From IMG/VR virus record IMGVR_UViG_3300023214_000450, positions 1-29,565 of that record: a DNA stretch of 29,565 nt, one strand, 5' to 3'. Source of the stretch: a virus. Lineage: Duplodnaviria > Caudoviricetes. The notes under the pieces were generated by a model. It worked only from the letters and a program-made list of their open reading frames with translations. It ran no database searches and had not been told where the DNA came from. How positions within the stretch are numbered: position 1 is the first letter of the stretch; each line of letters begins with the position of its first letter. The position numbers and the translations under genes are program-made. This document shows positions 1-9,071 of this stretch, piece by piece.

Positions 1-20
1 AAGCGGGCGGCCAGAAGGCC

Positions 21-110
<90 letters not shown>

Positions 111-136
111 CTTGCCCTCGCGAACCCGTTCTCCCG

Positions 137-158
137 ATCCGGCTGCGGCCGGATTTTT
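137..158 (+). terminator. Putative intrinsic terminator downstream of the tRNA
   Basis: Hairpin ATCCGGC-tgcg-GCCGGAT followed by a T run. Confidence 0.55.
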
Positions 159-420
159 CCGTTGTTTTCGGGGGTTATGCGGGAGGGGCTGTTAACCGGC
201 CCACGCCCCGAAAGGCGCACACGCGTTCTCTCCGGGCCGATATTCTCCGGACCTGTTAACCGATGGCTTTCCGGTGAACAGCCTTATCCCACTGAAAAAA
301 ATAACTAATTCATATATGCCGCGTGAGGCAGGTTCTCAGTTCCTTCCCCTTCTCGGTCGGGTCTGGCATCGAATTCGTGAAGGATCGATGCCCACTTGAC
401 CTATGATTGTCGATCGATGT

Positions 421-1506
421 TCAGATTAGCCCCACGATCCGGTTAGTTGCGACGGTGCCTAAGCGAAATAGCGTCTGCCGCTGGGCCGAGGCCAGCCGCC
501 ATGAGCGGGCGAGGTCTGACTCCCAGGGGGTCACGATGAGTTCAAACGAGCCATCGGTCAGGCGGCGGAACATAACGGCTGTGTCGGCATACTCAAATCC
601 ACCCTGCGCGGACGTGGGCAGATTCATCCGCTCCATCTTGTTGTTTCCGTGCCACGTCAATCGTCTGTTGTCCCATACGCGCGCGCCGCTGCGGAGGACG
701 GGCTCACCGATCGTTAGATTATGCGGATAGTCGTACTGGTCGAACACAAAGCCGAAGAACCGATGGCCCCCGCGCGGCAGTTCCAGTTGGTTGCTCGATC
801 CGCCCTGAAGGGCCTCACCGTGGACCCACATGGCCGCGTAATCGGCCGGGTTGATGGCTCCGTTCGCGATAGCGAGCCTGAACAGGGGTAGCGCGGCAGC
901 GGCGACGGGTGCCGGCGCTGCTACAGGCTGCGCTTCCTGCTCGATCTCTGGCGGCGGCGGCTGGGCCTGGCGCAGAGCGGTATAGGCTGCAAGCAAGTCG
1001 TCGGTGAGAGCGGTCGTTCCAAAACGCGCCTTGTCAAAGGCGGCATCGGCATCGGCACGAGGAATGCTCTGCTGCACCCATGCCACCTCCGTGTTCACGC
1101 TAAAGCCACGGCTCGTAAGGTTCGCCGAGCCGACCAGCGTGCTGCATGTTTGGGCATTGCGGCCAAAGACATAAAGCTTGGGGTGAAAGGCACGCTGCGG
1201 CATAAGCGAACCCTGCGCCAGTCTCTGCGCGCCGGAGACGAAAATCGTGGCGTTCGCTAGCGCGTGCCAATGCTGCAATGCCTGTGGTTCGGTGAGGCCG
1301 AAATCGAAGGATGTAACAAGAGTCTTGGGCATCGCCGCGAACGCGGCAGGACCCACAGCGTTCGCGACGGCGGACAGCAGTATGTTTGCGCCGCCGAGCG
1401 TGACGTAAGCTGAGGCCACGCGAATATCGACCGCCCCCGCCGTGACGATATCGACGAGAGCGTTGCGCATGCTCGCCGGTTCCGCGGCATTCTGGACGAT
1501 CAGCAC
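421..1506 (-). CDS. Phospholipase D-family nuclease (BfiI/NgoAVII-like restriction endonuclease architecture), 361 aa
   Basis: Single PLD catalytic motif FHPKLYVFG...VGSANLTSRG...NTE, then a Pro/Ala linker and a separate C-terminal domain. GTG start overlaps the upstream stop by 7 nt. Confidence 0.8.
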   Translation of the reverse strand: MLIVQNAAEPASMRNALVDIVTAGAVDIRVASAYVTLGGANILLSAVANAVGPAAFAAMPKTLVTSFDFGLTEPQALQHWHALANATIFVSGAQRLAQGSLMPQRAFHPKLYVFGRNAQTCSTLVGSANLTSRGFSVNTEVAWVQQSIPRADADAAFDKARFGTTALTDDLLAAYTALRQAQPPPPEIEQEAQPVAAPAPVAAAALPLFRLAIANGAINPADYAAMWVHGEALQGGSSNQLELPRGGHRFFGFVFDQYDYPHNLTIGEPVLRSGARVWDNRRLTWHGNNKMERMNLPTSAQGGFEYADTAVMFRRLTDGSFELIVTPWESDLARSWRLASAQRQTLFRLGTVATNRIVGLI

Positions 1507-4500
1507 GCCGGTGCCTGCGCCCCGCTCCCGCTGCCGCCGGTCGACGCGGTGGATGTTCCGGCAAGAGCAGACCGGGCCAGCGTTTCAAGCTGCACCAGGA
1601 GCGGCGATCCTTCGAGCAGCGCGCGCAATTTGCGGCGGCGCGCTGACAGTGCTTTGACGGGGTCGGCCAGATAGGGGTCGGTCGTGCAGTGGCCCTCGGC
1701 AAGTACGGCAATGTCCTTCGCGAGGGCCGCGATCTTCCGGTGATCGCCGTTTCCGGCATCGTATGTAGGCATCATCCTGTACGGCAGCGTGTGGAGATGC
1801 CGTTCGCCGAAATCTCCCTTCGGGTTGAACGCGAGGGTGGCGTTGGTGAGCGCCACGCTGTTAAGCATGCCGATTTGGTACCAGGCCTCGTCTGCGTCGG
1901 CCACGACCTTCCAGTAGAGGGTCTGATCGACGACAAGATCCTGGGCCTGCGCCACCGGAAGGCACGCCGCGCAGATTATCTTTCCGCCAGCCCCGGCCAG
2001 AATGAGATGCCCGGCCGCCCAGAACACCTGTTTGGACAGCTTGCCTCGTTCGTCGATGCGCTGCTGGAGCGTTTTTCCTTTCCCGACCGTTTTGAGCTTC
2101 TGGTTGATCGCGTCGAAGCGCCGCGCGGTCTGGGTAAATCCCTGGCGGCGGATTTCAGTCTCGTCGAGAATGCTCCATGTCCCGCCGGCCGCGCGCAGCG
2201 CCGGCAAAGCCATGGGCGCGCGGTGGGCACCGAGAACGAATGGCAGCAGGTTTTCCGACTGCGCCATGCGATAGATGAAGCGCGGCGCGACATGGCCGGG
2301 AAATCGCTCGGTCGCCATCTCCTTGGCGGATTTGATCGTAAACCCCCAAGCGGAAGCGCGGGTCGGCGTATCGACACGGTATTCCGGCCCAGCATTCTGG
2401 ACGATGTCCACGCATACCGCCGTGCGCGGCATAAGATCGGCCCCCTGCTGCGGCAGGTCTGCCCCGCCGCTGGCCACGGCCGCACCGCCTCCCTTTTCGA
2501 GCACCCACGCGCTGCGCGCCGACCCGATGGTGCGAACTGAAAAGCCCGCGGCAGCCAGCCCCGCATCGGTCGCGACGAAGCCGGCGAACGCGTTCTGCGG
2601 AAGCCCGGTCGTGTCCGCTCGCTTGTGTCCGACCAGCGCCGCGCCGGGATACTTGAAGGTGCCGGGCGCTACCTGCCAGACTTCGGCGATGTCGAACGGC
2701 ACGGGACGTTCGCTTGCCAGGAAGTCATGCCGCCGCAGCCGCTCGTGATGGTTTCCGTTCAGCACAGTGCCCGGCACGAGACAGGCGACGCAGGCATCCG
2801 GCCCGAGATAGCGGTCGATGGCGTGAAGCAGGTGCATCGTCCCCAGCTCAAGATGAAGGAAGGACTGTCCCGCCGGCTGGATGCCGTAGAGTTTCGCCCT
2901 GCCTTTCAGAAGGTCCCGGTAGGGATTGTCAGCCAATCCGCTCATGGCGAGCCACGGCGGATTAGACACAAGCCCGTTGAAGTGGCCGGTCAGGAGTCCC
3001 GGCCTGTATGTATTACGCAGGATGAATGCCCAAATGCCGTTGCGCCCGGCGACCGCCAGTTCGGCCATGCGATGCGCCAGCGGGAAAAGCGCGTCGGAAA
3101 GCTGTTTGTAGAGCTCCGGCGGCAATGTGATCCCGAACGCCTCGATCGTGCCATCGAGAAAGCTGTCCGCGTCGGCCTTGCTGAAGCCCGCGATGGTCCC
3201 GCACCGCTGAGCGTCGCGCGCTTCGTCGTAAGCCCAGTCCACGATCCGGTCGAAAAACTCCCGGTAGGCCGGCTGCACCAGCGCCGTCGGCAGTTGGATG
3301 GTCGTGCCGTCGAGGGAAACCGGAATGGTGTCGCTTTCGCCGACCAAGGGAACTGACGCGGAGACCGGCGTGACGGCGAACAGCGAGTCCGCATGATAGA
3401 CCGGGATGACGATTGGTTTCGTCGCCGCCTTGATCTCGGCCGACAGGCTGACGACCCATGTCGCCTTCGCGAGGCTGACGGCCAGCGGGTCGATATCAAA
3501 GCCGGTCGCAACGTCCTCAAGCTGTTCGATCGCGGCAAAGCCGAACCGGTCCCGCGTCGCCTTTATGATTTCCGCGATCATCGTGCCGGACCCGCAGCAC
3601 ATATCGACGATCCGGGGGCTTTCCCCTGTCGGGAGGCCGTCGATGCAACGGTCGGCAAGCAGGCGGGCGAGCCAGTGCGGGGTCCATTCCTGGCCGAGCA
3701 GCTTGCGCTGGCTACGCCGGGCGAGCTGCGCCATGAGGCGGCCGAACAGATCCTCTTCAGGATACCAGCTGAAATTGTAAGCATAGAGATCGCGCTGGAG
3801 GTCGCGGGCCACCGCGACGAGCCGGTCGATGTAGGACGGGCCGAGAAGCCAGCCGAAATAGTCCTGCTCGACCACATTCTCCAGCTGGAATTTGTTGCGG
3901 AAGAATGCGCCGTTCAGCATCGCCTTCAGCTCTTCGTCCGTGCTGAGCAGCGCTTGGGCCGTCAGCACGTTTGCGCTCAGCAGCCGCGCGAGCAGCGTCA
4001 CATAGGCTTCATCGACATACGCGGCGGTCCGGAAGGTGCCCGCTGGCCCCTCCAGGTGATCGACGAAGCGGGACCAGAGGTCGGTCGCCAGGCTCGCCGA
4101 CGGATCGGCCGCGCGCCCCTCGTTCACCAACAGCGACAAAGGCCCCACGCTGCTCTTATGCGCGGCCGAGTCCATGCCAAGATCGGAAGCGAGGAATTCG
4201 GCGCGCAGGGGCCGGGACTGTTCGCGCGCGAGATGCTTCCTGATGAAAGCGCCGAGCTGTTCGGCGGACAGGACGCTGTCATCGGCCAGCGTCAGTTCTT
4301 CAACGACGACGAGCGTGATATCGGCAGCGGTGGAGGCGGACGGGTCGACACCCGGCGCAAGCACGGCATCGTAGGCGTACCATTCGACCGTGTCGGACAG
4401 CACGCCCCGGACCGTGGAAACCGGCATGCCTGCGCGGACCAGTCCCGCCGCCTGCTCCTGCACCTGCGCGTAGCCGGTGTCGCGCTTGGCCGTGTTGCGC

Positions 4501-4766
4501 AGGTCGGATTCGTATTCGATCGTGGTCGATCCCACGAGATTGTCTATGAACCGGGACGCGGCCTTGCCCGATCTCGTGCCGACCTTGGTGTGCGCCTCGG
4601 TCCCTTCAGTGTAGTTGTTGATCCAGGTTTCATGCGCGGTGTCGGGGAACATGAGCCGCAACCGCCCCTGGAACTCGCTGCGCAGGACCGCCTCAACACG
4701 GCCCGCGTCCCGCAGCATGCGGCAGCGACCGATGGTTTCGCGAATGCGGGCAAGGTCAGCTGTCAT
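1500..4766 (-). CDS. Type IIG-like fused restriction nuclease / N6-adenine methyltransferase, about 1088 aa
   Basis: N-terminal PD-(D/E)xK-like segment (FIDN...IEYESD...AQVQE...GVLSDTVEW); methyltransferase motifs GQEWTP, DMCCGSG, GFDID and NPPW; long C-terminal putative target-recognition region. Start moved to ATG 4766, which has an AAAGGA RBS. Confidence 0.8.
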   Translation of the reverse strand: MTADLARIRETIGRCRMLRDAGRVEAVLRSEFQGRLRLMFPDTAHETWINNYTEGTEAHTKVGTRSGKAASRFIDNLVGSTTIEYESDLRNTAKRDTGYAQVQEQAAGLVRAGMPVSTVRGVLSDTVEWYAYDAVLAPGVDPSASTAADITLVVVEELTLADDSVLSAEQLGAFIRKHLAREQSRPLRAEFLASDLGMDSAAHKSSVGPLSLLVNEGRAADPSASLATDLWSRFVDHLEGPAGTFRTAAYVDEAYVTLLARLLSANVLTAQALLSTDEELKAMLNGAFFRNKFQLENVVEQDYFGWLLGPSYIDRLVAVARDLQRDLYAYNFSWYPEEDLFGRLMAQLARRSQRKLLGQEWTPHWLARLLADRCIDGLPTGESPRIVDMCCGSGTMIAEIIKATRDRFGFAAIEQLEDVATGFDIDPLAVSLAKATWVVSLSAEIKAATKPIVIPVYHADSLFAVTPVSASVPLVGESDTIPVSLDGTTIQLPTALVQPAYREFFDRIVDWAYDEARDAQRCGTIAGFSKADADSFLDGTIEAFGITLPPELYKQLSDALFPLAHRMAELAVAGRNGIWAFILRNTYRPGLLTGHFNGLVSNPPWLAMSGLADNPYRDLLKGRAKLYGIQPAGQSFLHLELGTMHLLHAIDRYLGPDACVACLVPGTVLNGNHHERLRRHDFLASERPVPFDIAEVWQVAPGTFKYPGAALVGHKRADTTGLPQNAFAGFVATDAGLAAAGFSVRTIGSARSAWVLEKGGGAAVASGGADLPQQGADLMPRTAVCVDIVQNAGPEYRVDTPTRASAWGFTIKSAKEMATERFPGHVAPRFIYRMAQSENLLPFVLGAHRAPMALPALRAAGGTWSILDETEIRRQGFTQTARRFDAINQKLKTVGKGKTLQQRIDERGKLSKQVFWAAGHLILAGAGGKIICAACLPVAQAQDLVVDQTLYWKVVADADEAWYQIGMLNSVALTNATLAFNPKGDFGERHLHTLPYRMMPTYDAGNGDHRKIAALAKDIAVLAEGHCTTDPYLADPVKALSARRRKLRALLEGSPLLVQLETLARSALAGTSTASTGGSGSGAQAPAC

Positions 4767-6885
4767 GGGTGGTCCTTTGTCGGGCGGCGCACGCGGCCTC
4801 GAGCCGGGAGTCGATATGGCGCGCCGCCTCTTTGAGGTCGCTTCCATCGCTGCCGGGCAACGCAGCGGCCAGAATGATCATGTTGATCTGGTGCTGGGCC
4901 GACGGCACGGCCGCGGCCAGCTGCTGTCCGAGCGTGGCGAGTCTTTCGCAGTCCCGGTCGGACAATGGCGGAATCGGCACCTGGCGGATGTGCGTCGCTT
5001 CGAGTTTGAGCGCGCCGCCGCCAAGCGGCGTGCCGGCGGATTCCATCGCTGCCCGGCACCAGCTACTGTGGAACAGGGCGTAGAGCGCGTGAACTGTCCA
5101 TCGCCTCTCTTCCGCCCACAGGGTTGAAAAATTGGCATCGATCAGGATGGGCGGCTGGGTATTGAGCGCGACGGCCGGTGTCCCGTGATTGATCCGCGGC
5201 GTGAAGATCACGGGCAGGTGGCGCGCGGTGAAGGCTGGCAACATGTACCAGAAGCGCGGAACGTCGCGGCCGTTGGCCGGCCGGCGGACATTGGTGCGTA
5301 CCGCCGATAGGTCGGGAATGAACCGCGCCGGCTCTTTGGGGTCCGGCGCATACCGGGCGGCGAGCCGCACGAACGATGCCAGTTCGGGCGGCATGACGCG
5401 CGGCACGGACATACCCCGCCTGCGGTAAGCCTCCGCAGCTTCAGTGACGGCCGGCTGGTCTTCCGGCAGGACCCAGTCCGACAGATCGAGCACGCGTGTT
5501 GCCGGAAGGTAGCCGCTCGCAAAGGACTCCATATCCGCCTGGCGATGGAGAACGGGCCGCAGCGCCGCCGCCGGAACACGGAGACGCATGTTCTGAAAGC
5601 TCTGCGACGCTTCGACGGTAACGGTTTCGTTCTCATCCTCACCGGCAAGCGTCACATAGAAAAACCGGTTGCAACCCGAACGCAGGCCCTGGCTGACCCG
5701 GATGCCCGCCCGTTCAAGCGTCTGGAGACGAACCGGCGTCGCGCCGGGCGGCAGCATGTCGCGCAATCCTTCCGGCATCGCCGCCGGCCGTGCCTCCGCG
5801 ACTGAAAAGAGCGGCAGCGCGTCGCGCCGGTTTTCGGCGTTCTGAAACCAGCTCTTGCGTCCAAGGCGCTGCTCCAGTGTTCGCCATTCCTCATCCAGCG
5901 CAAACTGGCGGCTCTCGATGCTCGGAACTTCCCGGTTCGCCGCGCTCGCCCAGGTTGCGAAATCCCGCTCTGGTTCCGGCCCGGGGAAGGCGCTCCCTAC
6001 CAGGGACCCTCCGCCCGCAGCCGCCGGCGTCACTTGCAGCCAGTGTGCGGCAGGCAAGGACGACCGATCCGACACGGGCGCTTGCGCCTCGTCCCATGAG
6101 AGCCGCCGCGCGATCACAAGATGCGTTCGCACCAGCGCGTCCGAAAACCAGCCGGGCTGCGTATCGGCGACGATGAATTCAAGGCGAAACGCCCGCAGCA
6201 GCACGTAGCGCACGACATCGGCGTAATCGCGCGAGCGCCAAGTGGCGGGAACGACGAGGGCCAGGCGGCCGCCCGGACGCGTCAGCAGGGCGGACAGGAG
6301 CCAGGCCGGCACCGAAAGATCGGCAAGGCCCGAATATCCTTCAACCAGTGCCTGCCAGAGCGCGCGTTCGCCGCCGGTCACGCGCGCGTTCACAATCGCG
6401 GACAGGCCCCGGCGCACGTCTCCGACACCGGCACCGTTCCCGTTTTGCGACTGGTATCTCACATACGGGGGATTGGTAATGACAAGATCGTAGCCGGGCG
6501 CATCCATCGCAGCGACGATCGCTGGATCAAAGGCGCTGCCCGTGACAATGCGGGCAGCGGCGACGGCACCGTCCGCCTGCAACGCCGCGGTCCTACGGCC
6601 GCAGAAGGCGGACGTCTCAGGGTCGAGCTCGATGCCGTCCAGCCGGTCGAGCCGGGCGTCTCGCGCCCGCGCCGTCAATGCGGCCGCGTCGAGAAGGTCG
6701 CCGTGACCGGCCATGGGATCGATCACGGCGCGCGCATCGGGGTCGAGCGCGATGTGCGCCAGCAGTGTCCCTAGCGGCAATCCGGTGAAGAACTGCCCCA
6801 GGCGCTTCCGCTGGGCGGGCGGCAGGCCTTCCTCAAAGGAGCGCGCCGAGGATCTGATCGCGCTGACCGCGTCAGTCGCCGGCAC
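4756..6885 (-). CDS. N6-adenine DNA methyltransferase, gamma class (Eco57I/TaqI-like), about 709 aa
   Basis: Motifs RKRLGQFFT, DPMAGHG, GIELD and DLVITNPPY, followed by a C-terminal TRD-like region. Start inferred at GTG 6885 with a GGGAG RBS. Confidence 0.85.
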   Translation of the reverse strand: MPATDAVSAIRSSARSFEEGLPPAQRKRLGQFFTGLPLGTLLAHIALDPDARAVIDPMAGHGDLLDAAALTARARDARLDRLDGIELDPETSAFCGRRTAALQADGAVAAARIVTGSAFDPAIVAAMDAPGYDLVITNPPYVRYQSQNGNGAGVGDVRRGLSAIVNARVTGGERALWQALVEGYSGLADLSVPAWLLSALLTRPGGRLALVVPATWRSRDYADVVRYVLLRAFRLEFIVADTQPGWFSDALVRTHLVIARRLSWDEAQAPVSDRSSLPAAHWLQVTPAAAGGGSLVGSAFPGPEPERDFATWASAANREVPSIESRQFALDEEWRTLEQRLGRKSWFQNAENRRDALPLFSVAEARPAAMPEGLRDMLPPGATPVRLQTLERAGIRVSQGLRSGCNRFFYVTLAGEDENETVTVEASQSFQNMRLRVPAAALRPVLHRQADMESFASGYLPATRVLDLSDWVLPEDQPAVTEAAEAYRRRGMSVPRVMPPELASFVRLAARYAPDPKEPARFIPDLSAVRTNVRRPANGRDVPRFWYMLPAFTARHLPVIFTPRINHGTPAVALNTQPPILIDANFSTLWAEERRWTVHALYALFHSSWCRAAMESAGTPLGGGALKLEATHIRQVPIPPLSDRDCERLATLGQQLAAAVPSAQHQINMIILAAALPGSDGSDLKEAARHIDSRLEAACAARQRTTHDS

Positions 6886-8749
6886 TGCATAAAACTCCCG
6901 GCAGCGTCTGTTCTGCATACCAGCGATAGAAGACATCAGCGTCGAGCGGGACTTGCTGATGATGGCTGAGGAAATGCGTGACGAGGCGGGAATACAGCCT
7001 CTGTGCCGTCGCTTCGGCCGGATCATGCGCGGCGGTCGCCGCGCGGTGAAGGGCCGTCGCGACGGTCCATACACAGTCGTCCGCCCCGGCCTTGCTTTCG
7101 ATCGTGGCCTCGGCCTTGCGGCGCGGCCCCAACAGGAGCACGGGGTCGCCGCGCACGGCCCCTTCGGTCGTGACCTGCTTGAAGCTGCCCTGCTTCTTGT
7201 CGAGAACCCCCGCATATTCCACGTCGAAGCCGGCATCTTGGTAGGCGCGCTGCAAGGCGTTCCAGACTTCGGCGGACGCGGAATGAAACACCATCGTGGC
7301 TTTGCCGGACGGTTTTAATATCCGGCGGGCCTCGCTGAATGACCGGGTCAGCAATTCCCTGTACTCGTCGATGGACTTGCCCTGGTCCGGGCTCACGATG
7401 GCTTCGTCCGTGCGGTCGGTAAACGTCTTGAGCCAAGCCTCGTTTATGAAACTGAGTTCGGCATAGGGTATGTTGGCCCCGAAGGGCGGGTCCGTGAACA
7501 CATAGTCGATGCTCTCGGATGGCAGCGCGACATCGCAACTGGAACCGTGGACGACTTCGACCTTGCCGCTGCCGCCGTGAATGGTCTCGAACGCCTGTGC
7601 AATTGTCGTCAGCTTGCGCCGCAATCCTGCAAAAAAGTTCTTCTCGACCGGCAGGCCGCTGACATACAGCACGCCGGGCTGGGCGCTGGTGACGACCAGG
7701 TCCTTCTGACCGGACTTCGCCACAACGCGCGTCATGATCGTGCCGTGCGCCGCGTTGTAGCTCAGCAGCCAGAAGCGAAGCCCCTCGCGGAGCGCGCCGC
7801 GATAGGATTCCACACGCTCCCACATGCGGGCGAATACGATGAGATTGCGCCGGGTGTAGAAATGATGAACGTGCGTAATGCCCTGATGGTAGCCCTTCCG
7901 GTAGAGGTCGCCCCAGGGGATCAGCGCCTGCGGCACGCATGACGGGATCGGCTCGGCCTCGATCTTCTTGATAAGCGTCAGGTCGGCGGCTGTGGCCGGA
8001 CGCGACCAGCGTTTTTTTCCGGTCGAACCATAGACGCGGGCCATCGCCCGCCCGCGCAGGTCGCGCTGTTCGCCCAATACGTCGTCACGTTCCTGCACCG
8101 TCACCCGTTGCACACCGTCCAGCGGCTCTTCATGGCGGCATTTCGGGCAGGAGAAGGTGGAGGAAATCTCCGCCGGATCGAGCGCGACGCACGCATCCCA
8201 CAGGGTGACGACGCCCCGGCAAGCAGGGCAGCGCAGCTTGTCGCTCCAGATCAGATGACGAAGAGAGCCTTTCGCGCCGGAGGGGTCGCGCGCCTCGTAC
8301 ATCCAGCCGTCTTCGCTCTCGCCTGCGGCCAATACGTCTTCGGCCGCCTTCCTGAACGCGGCGGGATCGGGCGGATTGGTCAGGGTCCGGCCGACAAACG
8401 AGCCGAGCGCGCCCAGCTCATAGAGAACGGCGTTGCGGGCACCCCATTGCACGTTAAGGCCGAGGCGGGCCGCTTCGGCGCGCAGTTCCGCGGTCGGCCG
8501 CTCGCACAGCAACGCGGCAAGGCCGGTCGTCCCGCTGCCCCCGAACCCATCAAACACGGTGTCGCCGGGTTTGGTGTGGGCGGCGATATAAAGAGCGATT
8601 GCTTCTGGCGATATCTTTGTTGGATATGGAAAGGCGCCGTAGAGGGTGCCAGTCCTCTTCGCAGCTAAGGGCCGCCTGTATAGCGCATTTAGAGCGGCCT
8701 CCGACATCGAATGGTCCGATTTGGATAGCTCGGGCTGAATTTGAAGCAT
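6872..8749 (-). CDS. Zn-ribbon-containing amino-DNA methyltransferase (COG1743/PglXI-like), 625 aa
   Basis: N-terminal YPTKI...DGFGGSGTTG (SAM binding), CPAC and CPKC pairs, distant DYVFTDPPF catalytic motif. Alternative start at ATG 8707. Confidence 0.8.
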   Translation of the reverse strand: MLQIQPELSKSDHSMSEAALNALYRRPLAAKRTGTLYGAFPYPTKISPEAIALYIAAHTKPGDTVFDGFGGSGTTGLAALLCERPTAELRAEAARLGLNVQWGARNAVLYELGALGSFVGRTLTNPPDPAAFRKAAEDVLAAGESEDGWMYEARDPSGAKGSLRHLIWSDKLRCPACRGVVTLWDACVALDPAEISSTFSCPKCRHEEPLDGVQRVTVQERDDVLGEQRDLRGRAMARVYGSTGKKRWSRPATAADLTLIKKIEAEPIPSCVPQALIPWGDLYRKGYHQGITHVHHFYTRRNLIVFARMWERVESYRGALREGLRFWLLSYNAAHGTIMTRVVAKSGQKDLVVTSAQPGVLYVSGLPVEKNFFAGLRRKLTTIAQAFETIHGGSGKVEVVHGSSCDVALPSESIDYVFTDPPFGANIPYAELSFINEAWLKTFTDRTDEAIVSPDQGKSIDEYRELLTRSFSEARRILKPSGKATMVFHSASAEVWNALQRAYQDAGFDVEYAGVLDKKQGSFKQVTTEGAVRGDPVLLLGPRRKAEATIESKAGADDCVWTVATALHRAATAAHDPAEATAQRLYSRLVTHFLSHHQQVPLDADVFYRWYAEQTLPGVLCSAGD

Positions 8750-8782
8750 GCGGTAACTGTCCCCTGAATTCTTCTTTTTTTG

Positions 8783-9001
8783 TTACGTCAGTTGCGACGA
8801 GGTAGGTTGTTTTTCGGACGCAGGACTCTGTGCTGCCCGCACCGGCTGCCGATGCCGGCGCAGATACTCATCTATCGCGCGCCTTACCACCCAGGAGACC
8901 GACACATCATCCTTGTTGGCCAGCATGTTCAGGGCGTCGAAGTCTCCGGACGTTACGCTCACGGTGACCCGGGGACCGAGTTTCTTAGGTCGACGATTCA
9001 T
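8783..9001 (-). CDS. Ribbon-helix-helix (CopG-like) transcriptional regulator, 72 aa
   Basis: RVTVSV strand, then helix DALNMLA, then VSVSWVVRRAIDEYL; GGAGG RBS; first gene of the methyltransferase operon. Confidence 0.8.
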   Translation of the reverse strand: MNRRPKKLGPRVTVSVTSGDFDALNMLANKDDVSVSWVVRRAIDEYLRRHRQPVRAAQSPASEKQPTSSQLT

Positions 9002-9012
9002 GGCGCCCTCCG

Positions 9013-9071
9013 AATGTTCCGCTAATGTTCACCCTAGCGATTCGCACGGTGATTGCAACAGAGTGCATCAC
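9013..9071 (-). promoter_or_regulatory. Putative sigma70 promoter and operator of the RHH-methyltransferase-PLD operon
   Basis: Minus-strand TTGCAA (9053-9058), 16-nt spacer, TAGGGT (9031-9036). Imperfect palindrome GTGATTGCA-acagag-TGCATCAC (9049-9071) overlaps the -35. Direct repeat AATGTTC at 9013 and 9024. Confidence 0.5.

Noticed and set aside
6886-7236. N-terminal extensions in the ORF track (4756-7236, 1500-4847, 9535-10968, 18974-20980, 20866-23574, 23609-24736, 25856-26692)
   Set aside because: The extensions overlap upstream genes. Downstream starts with RBS or stop-start coupling fit better.
421-8749. Assignment of the cargo operon to DISARM or BREX
   Set aside because: No helicase, DUF1998, PglZ or BrxC-type ATPase gene is present; only the PLD and methyltransferase components are shared.
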